Positions 9,930 through 18,675 of a stretch of 64,000 nt of DNA are shown one piece after another. The DNA is from an uncultured Rhodothermales bacterium. GTDB lineage: Bacteria > Bacteroidota > Rhodothermia > Rhodothermales > Salinibacteraceae. The number at the start of each line of letters is the position of its first letter. Within the stretch, counting starts at the first letter, position 1. The translations under genes were made by a program, and so were the position numbers. The stretch is taken from NCBI GenBank assembly GCA_964345505.1, contig CAYFRR010000001.1:13322-77321 (forward strand), in the 5' to 3' direction. Below the pieces are notes generated by a model. That model did no database searches. It was not told the DNA's origin and worked only from the letters and a program-made list of their open reading frames with translations.

Positions 9930-10523
9930 ATGGCCAACGACTCGCCCGCCACTTCTGAAAGCAGCACCCCCACGGTGCAGCAGGTGGCCGATTGCATTGC
10001 GTTCTCGACCATCGGCATCATTGGCACCACGCAAGACCTGGCACGCGAGGTCCTGCAGAGCATGCGCTCGGCCCAGCCGGATCCTGACGTGGTGGCGGAA
10101 GAGACCCTGTCGCTTGTGGCCACGACCTCGGCCCGTGCGGCAGAAGTCGGGCTGCAGGATACCCCGCAGGTGCGCGACATGGTAGTCGCCACGTTGTTGG
10201 ACCTGCCATACACATATCGCGACTACCTCATTGGTGGGGCTATCATCGAGGAGCAGGACCCTACGCTGCTGGATCAAAATGACGAGATTTATCAGCGGTT
10301 GGAGCGGAAGCAGGCCTTCTACACGGTGCACTTCCCGGAAGGGCAGTTCCCGGGAGAACACGCGCTGCGGGAAAAGATGGCGTTGTGGATGGGACGGGTG
10401 AGCCCTCCAGGACTTCCAGAAACGCCCACCGAGCGGCTCGAAGAGTTGCCCGTGACTGCCCTTTTGCTGACCCACCTGAAGCTGGTGCTCGCCTTTGGCC
10501 GCCGGGGTGGAATGGAGGCGTAG
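9930..10523 (+). CDS. hypothetical protein (acidic, no recognised domain)
   Basis: 197-aa ORF with high third-position GC and plausible composition. Preferred over the overlapping antisense ORF 9912-10577. Confidence 0.55.
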   Translation: MANDSPATSESSTPTVQQVADCIAFSTIGIIGTTQDLAREVLQSMRSAQPDPDVVAEETLSLVATTSARAAEVGLQDTPQVRDMVVATLLDLPYTYRDYLIGGAIIEEQDPTLLDQNDEIYQRLERKQAFYTVHFPEGQFPGEHALREKMALWMGRVSPPGLPETPTERLEELPVTALLLTHLKLVLAFGRRGGMEA

Positions 10524-10573
10524 CTGCGGGAAGGGTGTACCGGAAGGGGGCTGCCACTCGAGGGAGCGGTACG

Positions 10574-11842
10574 TCACGTGTTGAGGTCGTGGCGGACGCG
10601 CACCAGCTCGATGCGGTGCGACGTGGCCCGCTCAATGATGAAATGGCAGGTGTCGAAGCTGAACCGCTCCTTGGTCTCGGGAATGCGTCCCACGCGCTCC
10701 AGCAGGTATCCAGCGAGGGTTTCGTACTCGCCGCTGGGAAGATCAATATCGGTTTTTTCCGTGAATGTGTCCAGCGGCATGGAGCCGCTTACGAGGAACG
10801 TGCCGGGCCCCACGTGCTGGAGCTGATCGTCTTCCATGTCGAACTCGTCCTGAATGTCGCCAAACAGCTCCTCCAGCAGATCCTCGCGCGTGATGAGCCC
10901 GGCCGTCCCCCCGTACTCATCAATGGCGATGGCGATTGACGAGTTGGCGCTTAAAAACTCCTGCAAAAGTGTCTTTGAGGCCTTCATCTCGGGCACAAAT
11001 CGGACGTCGCGCATGAGGTCCTGGAGCGACGAGGGCTGCTGGAAGAAGTCGTAGGCGAAGGCTACCCCTACGATGTGGTCGATGTTACCTTCGAACACGG
11101 GTAGCTTCGAATGGCCCGATTCGATAAAGCATCTCCGGACCTCCTCCAGCGTCGTCGAGCACTCAATGGCTTCAATGTCAGTGCGCGGGACCATCGACTC
11201 CTTCACGCGCTTCGTGCTCATGGCAAAGACGTTCGACAGGATGGTGCTCTCTTCCTCATCCAGATCCAATTCGCCGCGCTCGCTGGTTTCTTGAATGAGC
11301 AGCTCTACATCCTGCCGTAGGTACTGAGAGAGGGAGGCGGCGTCAGCACGTAAGAGGCGCACAAGGATATTAGACGTGGAGCTGGCCAGCCAGATGAGCG
11401 GAAGTAGCGCATAGTACGTGATCCGCAGCGGGAGGGCAAGGAGGGAGACAATCCGATCGGCGTGCTCGCGCATAATGGTTTTGGGGATGATCTCCCCGAA
11501 GAACAGCACGATCACGCTGGCCACGATAGTCTGCGCTGTCAAGATGGACGCTTCCAGTCCCGTCTCCTGCCCCAAAACCTCGCCAAAGAAGGTAGCAAAG
11601 GCGGGCTCCAGATAGAACGCCATCAGCGTAGAGTAGACGACGAGGGCAATGTTATTTCCCACCAACGTCGTCGTCAGCAGCATCCCTGGCGTTTCCAGAA
11701 ATCGCTGCACCAGGCGGCCGGCAAACCCTCCCCGGCGGGCGGCCATTTCGGCCCGCAGGCGATTGGCTGACACAAACGCGATCTCCGAGCCGGAGAAGAA
11801 GGCGCTGAGCAGGAGCAGCAGGACAATGACAGCCAGTTCCAT
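10574..11842 (-). CDS. CNNM/HlyC/CorC-family transporter (DUF21 + CBS pair + CorC_HlyC)
   Basis: N-terminal 4-TM DUF21-like region, central CBS-like region, C-terminal transporter-associated domain; 422 aa. Confidence 0.9.
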   Translation of the reverse strand: MELAVIVLLLLLSAFFSGSEIAFVSANRLRAEMAARRGGFAGRLVQRFLETPGMLLTTTLVGNNIALVVYSTLMAFYLEPAFATFFGEVLGQETGLEASILTAQTIVASVIVLFFGEIIPKTIMREHADRIVSLLALPLRITYYALLPLIWLASSTSNILVRLLRADAASLSQYLRQDVELLIQETSERGELDLDEEESTILSNVFAMSTKRVKESMVPRTDIEAIECSTTLEEVRRCFIESGHSKLPVFEGNIDHIVGVAFAYDFFQQPSSLQDLMRDVRFVPEMKASKTLLQEFLSANSSIAIAIDEYGGTAGLITREDLLEELFGDIQDEFDMEDDQLQHVGPGTFLVSGSMPLDTFTEKTDIDLPSGEYETLAGYLLERVGRIPETKERFSFDTCHFIIERATSHRIELVRVRHDLNT

Positions 11843-11884
11843 GGAGCCTCAGATATCGCCACAAGGCGAGGGAGTCGGCAAAGG

Positions 11885-12667
11885 TCAGGCACCAGTGAAC
11901 GTGGGCGTACGCCGGTTCAAGAAAGCGTCAACGCCCTCCTGAAAGTCATCCGTTGCGCAGGCCTGCCCGAACAGAGCGGCCTCGTAGCGCTGCCCGTCCG
12001 CGAGTGGCTGGTCACTGGCACGCAGCGCCTGAAGCGCCATAGCTACGGCCAGCGGGGCTTTGGCCGCAATGGTGCGCACCAGCGCGCGCGCCTCTTCCAG
12101 GAGTGCCTCTGGCGCCACCACGCGGTTCACCAGCCCGATGGCGTGGGCCCGGTCGGCGCCGATGCGCTGGCCCGTCAGAATGAGTTCGGTGGCGATGCCG
12201 TGCCCCACGAGGCGGGGCAGGCGCTGAGTGCCGCCGTAGCCGGGCAGGATGCCGAGGTTGACCTCGGGCTGCCCAAACTGGGCTTGCTCCGAGGCCACGC
12301 GCAGGTGGCAAGCCATGGCCAGTTCGCAGCCGCCGCCGAGCGCAAACCCGTTTACGGCAGCCACTACGGGTTTCGGCATGTGCTCAATCCGGTTGAATAC
12401 CGCTTGCCCCCGGGCGGCAAAGCGATGACCGCTGAGGGCATCCAAGTCCGGAAACTGCGCGATATCGGCACCGGCGACAAAGGCTTTTTCTCCGGCTCCT
12501 GTCAGCACCACCCCCTGCACGGCGTCGTCTGCTCGGGCGGTGCGAAAGGCCCGGTCAAGGTCGTCCATCACGGCCGTGTTTAGCGCGTTCAGGGCATCCG
12601 GGCGATGGATGGTGAGCAGGACAATGCCATCGTCATCACGGGCATATTGTAGCGTGTCGAACTCCAT
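11885..12667 (-). CDS. enoyl-CoA hydratase/isomerase (crotonase fold)
   Basis: AAVNGFALGGGCELAMACH oxyanion-hole region; 260 aa. Confidence 0.9.
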   Translation of the reverse strand: MEFDTLQYARDDDGIVLLTIHRPDALNALNTAVMDDLDRAFRTARADDAVQGVVLTGAGEKAFVAGADIAQFPDLDALSGHRFAARGQAVFNRIEHMPKPVVAAVNGFALGGGCELAMACHLRVASEQAQFGQPEVNLGILPGYGGTQRLPRLVGHGIATELILTGQRIGADRAHAIGLVNRVVAPEALLEEARALVRTIAAKAPLAVAMALQALRASDQPLADGQRYEAALFGQACATDDFQEGVDAFLNRRTPTFTGA

Positions 12668-12697
12668 GTGCAGAGAGAAAGGATAGCAATGAAGGGG

Positions 12698-13615
12698 TTA
12701 GTTGCGGAGCTGCTGGCGCTGCTCCGGGGATTCGGGGGGGTCTTGCGCTGGCGTCTCGGGGAGGTCCAGCGGGGCCTGGTCGCGGGCCTCCGGGAAGTCC
12801 AAGCTGCCGGCCACGTCGTCAAGCATGCTGTCGGTTTGTGCGAACACTGACTCGATCTCGTCCACTGAGGCCTCGGTTTCGTGTACCTCGTCCAGCAGCA
12901 TGTCCAACTGAAACGTGATCTCTTCCGGATTGCGCAGCGTCATCGACTGTTCGTGGATGTAGCGGACCACGTCTTCGATCGTCTCCAGCTGTGCATCGAT
13001 GATGGCGAGGTTCTCGCGCCCGTGCTGAAAGCGCCGCAGGCGCTGCTTCAAGATACGCAAGCGCCGCTCCTTGATGGCGCGGACCCGCGAGGAGTCGTCC
13101 TTCATGTCTTCCTGCAACTGTGCGATGGCGTCTTCTACATCGAGCTGTGTCGCCGAGCGGGTATGGCGCTCGTACCGCTCCTTCTGGTAGGTCAGGTTGA
13201 GGTACGAGTCGAGCAGGCCGTCGAGCTTTTGCACGTGGCTGTCGAGAAGACCCTGCGAGGCGTAGCTCAGCTTGCGGTAATTGACCGCAATCTCATCCCG
13301 TAATTTGCGAAGCTTAGCGTAGCGCCGCTGGCTGGGGTCTGAGAGCAGGCGGTAGATTTCCTTGTTGGAAGGGGGGGTGTGCGCTGCTACCTTCTTCGAA
13401 CGAATGTAGCGACGGAAGCGCTCTTGCTGCGGCATGGTGCCGAGGTAGAGCAGTTCCCCCCCAGCGGCCAGCGTCAGGAGGAGTTCGAAGAGCCACGGGA
13501 TACCACTTTGCCAGCCCAGCGTGGCCGCGATCAGCACGCTGGTTACGATGAAGACCAAATTCCACGGGAGGAAGAGTGCCTCCTTCGTGTAGTTGATCTC
13601 TTCCGAAGAACTCAT
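12698..13615 (-). CDS. membrane protein: two N-terminal TM helices plus long coiled coil and acidic tail
   Basis: 305-aa ORF. TM segments LFLPWNLVFIVTSVLIAATLGW and IPWLFELLLTLAAGGELLYLG, followed by heptad-like charged sequence. Lies 45 nt downstream of the PspA-like paralog. Confidence 0.65.
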   Translation of the reverse strand: MSSSEEINYTKEALFLPWNLVFIVTSVLIAATLGWQSGIPWLFELLLTLAAGGELLYLGTMPQQERFRRYIRSKKVAAHTPPSNKEIYRLLSDPSQRRYAKLRKLRDEIAVNYRKLSYASQGLLDSHVQKLDGLLDSYLNLTYQKERYERHTRSATQLDVEDAIAQLQEDMKDDSSRVRAIKERRLRILKQRLRRFQHGRENLAIIDAQLETIEDVVRYIHEQSMTLRNPEEITFQLDMLLDEVHETEASVDEIESVFAQTDSMLDDVAGSLDFPEARDQAPLDLPETPAQDPPESPEQRQQLRN

Positions 13616-13660
13616 CTGTACGGGGTGCCAGGGCGAGAAAGAACGACGATGGGCGAGGCA

Positions 13661-14173
13661 TCAGCGCGGCCGGCCAAGGGTTTTGCGAGGCGCCGAGGGG
13701 TCGTCTTGCGGGTCTGTAGGGCGCTGGTCCGCGGGATCTGCAGGATCTGCGGTCGGGGGGTCCGAAGCTGAGGCCTTTGCGCCCTCCACAGTCGCTGCGT
13801 CTTCGTCGGCTGCTGCTGCAGCGGTCATCCGATCAAGCAACTGGCGGGCGCGCGCTTTCAACAACGTATCATCCAGGCTTTCCAGCGGGTCGTCTTCGGC
13901 AGCCACGTCCTCAGCCACGTCTTCCGGGGACGGGGCAGGGGACTCAAGGGCGAGATCGAGGCGCGCTTCGTGCCGGGCCGTTTCTACGGCCAGCTGCCGC
14001 ACCATCTCGTCGTGCGTATCCAGCACCTCGCGCGAGCCGTCCAGCATCCGTTCCAAGGCGGCTTGCACGGACCGTTTAGCGCGCAGATGCTTCGCCATCT
14101 TGCGCAGCTTGCGGATCTCACGCAGGTGCGTCTTCTCTTCCTCCTTGATGCGTTCGAACTCTTCGTTCGTCAT
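13661..14173 (-). CDS. truncated PspA/IM30 paralog (C-terminal helices only) with acidic Pro-rich tail
   Basis: THDEMVRQLAVETARHEARLDLALES aligns with THEEMVQRLNQQTARSEARMELALDS of the adjacent PspA. No N-terminal amphipathic helix or hairpin. Confidence 0.6.
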   Translation of the reverse strand: MTNEEFERIKEEEKTHLREIRKLRKMAKHLRAKRSVQAALERMLDGSREVLDTHDEMVRQLAVETARHEARLDLALESPAPSPEDVAEDVAAEDDPLESLDDTLLKARARQLLDRMTAAAAADEDAATVEGAKASASDPPTADPADPADQRPTDPQDDPSAPRKTLGRPR

Positions 14174-14281
14174 AGGTTGATTGCATGAGGTGCACGGCCA
14201 GAGTCCATCGGGGGTGCTATTGGAGCAGCCTACTGCAGGAGCGGTGATGTGCAGAAGCGGCTGTTCCTGTCACTATCACCA

Positions 14282-15076
14282 TCATTGGGTCCGCCGGCGC
14301 TCCTTGCCTATCGTTTTTTCGCTTTCCTCGCGTGCTGGTTCTTCGGGGAGTTCGACCTGGCCTTCTGCGGTTTCCTCCTTTGAGGAAGCTGAGGCTTTCT
14401 CCCCCGCGTCCATGTTCATCTCCATCTTGAACTGCTTGACCAGTTCGGCGGCGCGAATGGATTCGGCGTCCTCCTCAATCTTCAACGCCTCGGTATCTAC
14501 CGAGTCCAGCGCCAGCTCCATGCGCGCTTCGCTGCGGGCCGTTTGCTGGTTCAGGCGCTGCACCATCTCTTCGTGGGTTTGGTCCACACCTGATACCTCA
14601 AACTGCTCCATGGCATCGGCCACGCGCGACTGCCACTTGGCACGCTCGTGGGCACGCATGGCATCACGGGCTTCCTGGATTTTATTCTCCTTCTCCCGCA
14701 TGAAGGCCTTCTTCACTTGCAGCGACTTGTCGTAAGCCGCCGAGGCATACTTGAGCTGCTCCTTGTTGCGCTGCAGCTCCTCTTTGGCCTTCTCGAGCTG
14801 CATGGCGTATTGTTGCGCGATGTCATCCCGTTCGGCCTGAATAGCCGCCTTAATCTTCGACGTCAGGCTCTCGATCTGGCGGTTCAGGCGGTTGCCTTCT
14901 TTTTGAAGCATCATCACGTTGGCCTTTACCGTCGCGATGTTTTCGTTCATCTTCGGGACCTGATCGTTCAACTCCCGAATGTTTTGCTCCAAAATGAGCC
15001 GGGGGTCTTCAACGGCAGAGATGGCGCCGCCAAAGACGGACTTGACCCAGCGGGTGAAGCGTGACCAAACAGACAT
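14282..15076 (-). CDS. pspA: PspA/IM30 (phage-shock protein A / Vipp1 family)
   Basis: N-terminal MSVWSRFTRWVKSVFGGAISAVEDPRLILEQNIRE.. and a long coiled coil typical of PspA. Start at the ATG at 15076; the ORF extends to 15157 into the repeat. Confidence 0.85.
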   Translation of the reverse strand: MSVWSRFTRWVKSVFGGAISAVEDPRLILEQNIRELNDQVPKMNENIATVKANVMMLQKEGNRLNRQIESLTSKIKAAIQAERDDIAQQYAMQLEKAKEELQRNKEQLKYASAAYDKSLQVKKAFMREKENKIQEARDAMRAHERAKWQSRVADAMEQFEVSGVDQTHEEMVQRLNQQTARSEARMELALDSVDTEALKIEEDAESIRAAELVKQFKMEMNMDAGEKASASSKEETAEGQVELPEEPAREESEKTIGKERRRTQ

Positions 15077-15104
15077 GAAGGAAGCGAGGGCTGTGAGCGA
15101 GTGA

Positions 15105-15300
15105 GTGAACGTCTGTATAAACGTGTTGGACGGGCCGTCTAACGAAAGGGACGGCAAGAAAGATGCACACGCGGGGACGCCCGCTTTAGTTCGCCTACCT
15201 CTTTACGGTGTAGTGGCTAAGCAGCATATCCAGGGCGCAAGGAGCGAGGCCGGGGTGCTGGCGATCATCGGGGGATCCGCACGCTGCGGAGCTTCACCCT
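15105..15300. repeat. direct repeat copy A (homologous to 16155-16350)
   Basis: By-eye alignment of aaacgtgttggacgggccgtctaacgaaa..ctttagttcgcctacctctttacggtgtagtggctaagcagcatatcc with the copy at 16174-16290. Confidence 0.75.
15196..15300 (-). pseudogene. decayed fragment of the thymidine phosphorylase 3' end (about the last 35 codons)
   Basis: The reverse strand translates to SSAACGSPDDRQHPGLAPCALDMLLSHYTVKR*AN*. The intact deoA C-terminus is SSAIREAYTLTDTAPHTPDMLLGRYTMEGWTN*. In-frame stops are present. Confidence 0.65.
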
Positions 15301-15354
15301 GGAGGTGGACTGAGGCGGTGTGGCGTTCGCTTGACTCGGAGCGGCCGGTGCGGA

Positions 15355-16125
15355 TCAGAGACCGACCGCGCGGCCGAGGAGGATCATGGCGACGACGCCC
15401 GCGATGAACATAGCGGCGACAGCGGTTGCGTTGGCCTTCTCGAACGCGTCGGGGAGCAGGTCGTCGACGACGAGGTAGATCATGGCACCCGCGGCGAGGC
15501 CCATGCCGGCAGGGAGCAGGGGTTCGAAGATCCAGATGAGCCACGCGGCGAAGGGTGCGGCGAGGGGCTGGGGGATACTGGTGACGAGGGCCCAGCCGAG
15601 GCAGGCGCGGGTGGAGACGCCCGCAGCGCGGAGGGCAAGGGTGATGGCGATACCTTCAGGGATGTTGTGGACGGCGAGTGCGGAGACGACGGCGATGCCG
15701 AGGGCCTCTTCTCGGGATCCGAAGGCCACGCCGATAGCGACCCCCTCGGGCAGCGAGTGAATAGTCATGGCGGCGACGATGAGGATGGAGCGGGCGCCGC
15801 CGACCTTACGGAGGGAGGCGACATCGAAATCCTCATGGGACTTCACCCATCGGGCAGCGAGGAAGTAGAACACTGCGCCGAGGGCGAGTCCAGCGGCTAC
15901 CTCCCAGGCCTGAAGCCCAGGGGCGCGGTCGAGGCCTTCGCCGACGAGCTGGACGAGACTGGCGGCAGCCATCATGCCGGCCGCGGCGGCAGCGAAGAGT
16001 CCGGCGATTCGCTCGGAGAGCGAGTTCACAAAGAAAAACGGGAGGACGCCGAAGACCATGGAGACATCGGCGAGAACGGCGGCCCCGAAGGTGATGGCAA
16101 GAAGTCTGAAAAGTTCGGATTCCAC
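15355..16125 (-). CDS. zupT: ZIP-family zinc/divalent metal transporter (ZupT-like)
   Basis: HSLPEGVAIGVAF and HNIPEGIAITLAL motifs. About 257 aa if started at the GTG at 16125 (VESELFRLL..); the ORF extends to 16254 into the repeat. Confidence 0.85.
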   Translation of the reverse strand: MESELFRLLAITFGAAVLADVSMVFGVLPFFFVNSLSERIAGLFAAAAAGMMAAASLVQLVGEGLDRAPGLQAWEVAAGLALGAVFYFLAARWVKSHEDFDVASLRKVGGARSILIVAAMTIHSLPEGVAIGVAFGSREEALGIAVVSALAVHNIPEGIAITLALRAAGVSTRACLGWALVTSIPQPLAAPFAAWLIWIFEPLLPAGMGLAAGAMIYLVVDDLLPDAFEKANATAVAAMFIAGVVAMILLGRAVGL

Positions 16126-16154
16126 AGCGGGTTTACCTGGAGGAGGGCGGGACG

Positions 16155-16350
16155 TGAAGGTACAGGTTTGGGTAAACGCGTTGGGTGGACCGTCCAACGA
16201 AAAGAGAAGGCGGGAAAGCTGCACCCGCGTCGACATGTGCTTTAGTTCGTCCACCCCTCCATGGTGTAGCGGCCAAGCAGCATATCCGGGGTGTGGGGAG
16301 CAGTATCGGTGAGGGTGTAGGCCTCACGAATAGCAGACGAGAACGCGGGG
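16155..16350. repeat. direct repeat copy B (3' end of deoA plus the downstream spacer)
   Basis: Partner of 15105-15300. Overlaps the functional deoA stop at 16242. Confidence 0.75.
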
Positions 16351-17579
16351 ATATCCTCGGTGCGTGCGGTGTAGAGGGTAGCCAAAGGGGTGCCGTTCTC
16401 CACCGCCTCCCCCACCTTCTTGTGCAGCACCAGCCCGGCAGTGGGGTCTACCGGGTCTTCCTTGACGCGGCGCCCGGCGCCCATGCGGACGGCCGTCATC
16501 CCGATCTCAAAAGCATCGATGGCCTGCACGTAGCCAGCGGCCGGGGCGGAGACGGTCCCTGCCGGGGCCGTATCGGTGCGCGTGGTGGGGTCGTGCAGCA
16601 CGCTCACGTCGCCGCCCTGCGCCTCAACCACCTGCGCGAACAGGTCAAAGGCGGCGCCCGAGTCAAGGGCTTCCTGGGCCTGCACCACGCCCGCTTCGGG
16701 CGATTCGGCTGCACCGCCCAGCCATAGCATTTCGCCGGCGAGGGCCAGCGTTACGGTCATGAGGTCGTCCAGCCCGTCCACATCACCCTGGAGGCAACGG
16801 ATGCTCTCCTGCATCTCGGGCCAGTTGCCTACAGCCCGCCCGAGGGGGGCATCCATGCGGGTCATGCGCGCCACGGTGTTCTTGCCAAACTCGTGGCCGA
16901 TGGAGACCAGCGTTTCGGCGAGGCGTCGGGCGTCGGCTTCGGTGCTCATGAAGGCGCCGCGTCCGCACTTCACGTCCAGCACCAGCCCGTCGATGCCCTC
17001 GGCCAGCTTCTTGCTCATGATGGAGGCGGCAATGAACGGGATACATTCCACGGTGGCGGTTACATCGCGCAGGGCGTAGAGCTTGCGGTCTGCCGGCGCG
17101 ATCTCATCCGTCTGTCCGATGAGCACGATACCCAGGTCGTCCAGTTGCTGCTTATAGGCCTCAATGGAGAGATCGGTGCGAAAGTCAGGAATCGACTCCA
17201 GCTTGTCGAGTGTCCCGCCCGTGTGCCCGAGGCCACGGCCAGAAATCATGGGCACCGGTACGCCGCAGGCCGCCACGATGGGAGCGAGGATCAGGGATAC
17301 CTTGTCGCCCACGCCACCGGTAGAGTGCTTGTCAACCTTGGTGCCGGGCGTATGGCTGAGGTCCAGCACGGTACCCGAGTGTAGCATGGCCCGGGTGAGG
17401 GCGGCCGTTTCGTCGGCGTCCAGTCCCTTCAGAAAGGCTGCCATCAAAAAGGCGCTCATCTGGTAGTCAGGGACGTCGTCGGCCGTGTAGGCGTTGATGA
17501 ATGCTGTGAGGTCGTCAGTGGAGATCGAGTGGCCGTCGCGTTTGGCGCGAATCAGGTCGACTGGGCGAGGGGAGGCCAT
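16242..17579 (-). CDS. deoA: thymidine (pyrimidine-nucleoside) phosphorylase
   Basis: LIRAKRDGH.. and DKHSTGGVGDKVSL motifs. Start at MASPRPVDL (17579); the ORF extends to 17690. Confidence 0.9.
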   Translation of the reverse strand: MASPRPVDLIRAKRDGHSISTDDLTAFINAYTADDVPDYQMSAFLMAAFLKGLDADETAALTRAMLHSGTVLDLSHTPGTKVDKHSTGGVGDKVSLILAPIVAACGVPVPMISGRGLGHTGGTLDKLESIPDFRTDLSIEAYKQQLDDLGIVLIGQTDEIAPADRKLYALRDVTATVECIPFIAASIMSKKLAEGIDGLVLDVKCGRGAFMSTEADARRLAETLVSIGHEFGKNTVARMTRMDAPLGRAVGNWPEMQESIRCLQGDVDGLDDLMTVTLALAGEMLWLGGAAESPEAGVVQAQEALDSGAAFDLFAQVVEAQGGDVSVLHDPTTRTDTAPAGTVSAPAAGYVQAIDAFEIGMTAVRMGAGRRVKEDPVDPTAGLVLHKKVGEAVENGTPLATLYTARTEDIPAFSSAIREAYTLTDTAPHTPDMLLGRYTMEGWTN

Positions 17580-17692
17580 GCGGGAGTAGGGGCGTGTTGA
17601 GGGAAAGGGAGGCTGGTGCCAGGCGGTAGAACGCCCGGCCGCGCGCCGTAAGGGACGAGACACGATACCAGGAGGGACGACACGTGTCAAAC

Positions 17693-17724
17693 GAAAAAAG
17701 CGACCCGCCGGGAGGAGAGTCGCT
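17693..17724 (-). terminator. putative intrinsic terminator downstream of rpmE
   Basis: On the minus strand: AGCGAC-14 nt loop-GTCGCT followed by TTTTTTCG. Confidence 0.5.
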
Positions 17725-17753
17725 CTATTCGAATCGTGGGGAACCGCTGCAAG

Positions 17754-18029
17754 TTACGCGTTATCTTTTTCCGCGCTCGCCTCGGCGTCCGCGTCGCCTT
17801 CGTCGTCGCTTTCGTCGGTGTCCTTCGTCAGGCCATACCGCTGGCGGAATTTCTCCACGCGCCCGGCGGTATCGACGTACTGGCGCTTGCCCGTGTAGAA
17901 GGGATGGTTGGTAGAATCAATCTCCGACGCATACTCCTCTGCGTCCATCGTCGTGCGCGTGACGAACTCGGAGCCGTCAGAGAGTTTAATCGTCGTAAAG
18001 TTGTACTCGGGATGGAGATCCTTCTTCAT
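17754..18029 (-). CDS. rpmE: 50S ribosomal protein L31 (Cys-less type B) with acidic C-terminal extension
   Basis: MKKDLHPEY.., HPFYTGK and RVEKFRQRYG motifs. No CxxC motifs. Tail is DTDESDDEGDADAEASAEKDNA. Confidence 0.9.
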   Translation of the reverse strand: MKKDLHPEYNFTTIKLSDGSEFVTRTTMDAEEYASEIDSTNHPFYTGKRQYVDTAGRVEKFRQRYGLTKDTDESDDEGDADAEASAEKDNA

Positions 18030-18148
18030 GGGCTTAAAGGCGCTGTGAGCGATTGCAGCAAAACTGTCAATTATAGTCTGTCAGAACCCCAGCCACCGCC
18101 TCAAGTTTCCGAAGATTGCATCAAGCAGTGGGGGCAGCCCGGCTGGAT

Positions 18149-18631
18149 TTACAGCGTCCGGGCCATGTAGAGCACGTCGTCGAGCGGGTTGTCGTAGTAG
18201 GCTGGAATCTCCTCGAACCCGAGGCGGCGGTACAGGGCCACGGCCGGTTTCAGCGACCGGAGCGTGTCGAGCACCATGCGCTCATACCCGAGCCGGCGGC
18301 CCTCGTCCAGCAGCGCCTGGCACAGCGCAGCGCCCAGCCCGCCGCCCCGGTGCGCAGGTGCCACGTAGAGCCGCTTCATCTCACAGGTTGCGGTGGCGCC
18401 TTTCGCCCGGAGCCCGACGCAACCTATGGCGCGGCCCGCGCGCATGCCGAGGAGCAGGCTCCCGTCCGGCGGTCCATACGGTACGTCCAGCGCCTGCAGC
18501 TCCGCCTCAAAGTCCTGAAAGCACAGGTCTATCGCCAACTCGTCGGCATAGGCACGGATGAGGTTGGCCGCAGCGGCATACGTCTCCGCGGAGCGAGCAC
18601 GGACAATAGTATGGGTGGCGGAGTCGGGCAC
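18149..18631 (-). CDS. GNAT-family N-acetyltransferase
   Basis: HRGGGLGAALCQALL acetyl-CoA-binding motif; 160 aa. Confidence 0.8.
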   Translation of the reverse strand: MPDSATHTIVRARSAETYAAAANLIRAYADELAIDLCFQDFEAELQALDVPYGPPDGSLLLGMRAGRAIGCVGLRAKGATATCEMKRLYVAPAHRGGGLGAALCQALLDEGRRLGYERMVLDTLRSLKPAVALYRRLGFEEIPAYYDNPLDDVLYMARTL

Positions 18632-18675
18632 AGGCCTTTTCTTGGTTATCAGCTTGTTGGTTACCGGCTTATTGA

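Noticed and set aside
9912-10577. 221-aa minus-strand ORF overlapping the 197-aa plus-strand ORF
   Set aside because: The plus-strand frame has the stronger third-position GC bias and a more protein-like, acidic composition. The minus frame is Arg/Gln/His-rich. The choice remains moderately uncertain.
15331-16245. 304-aa plus-strand G/D/E-rich ORF
   Set aside because: It lies antisense to zupT, which has clear ZIP motifs. The low-complexity translation is a mirror of the Ala/Gly-rich TM helices.
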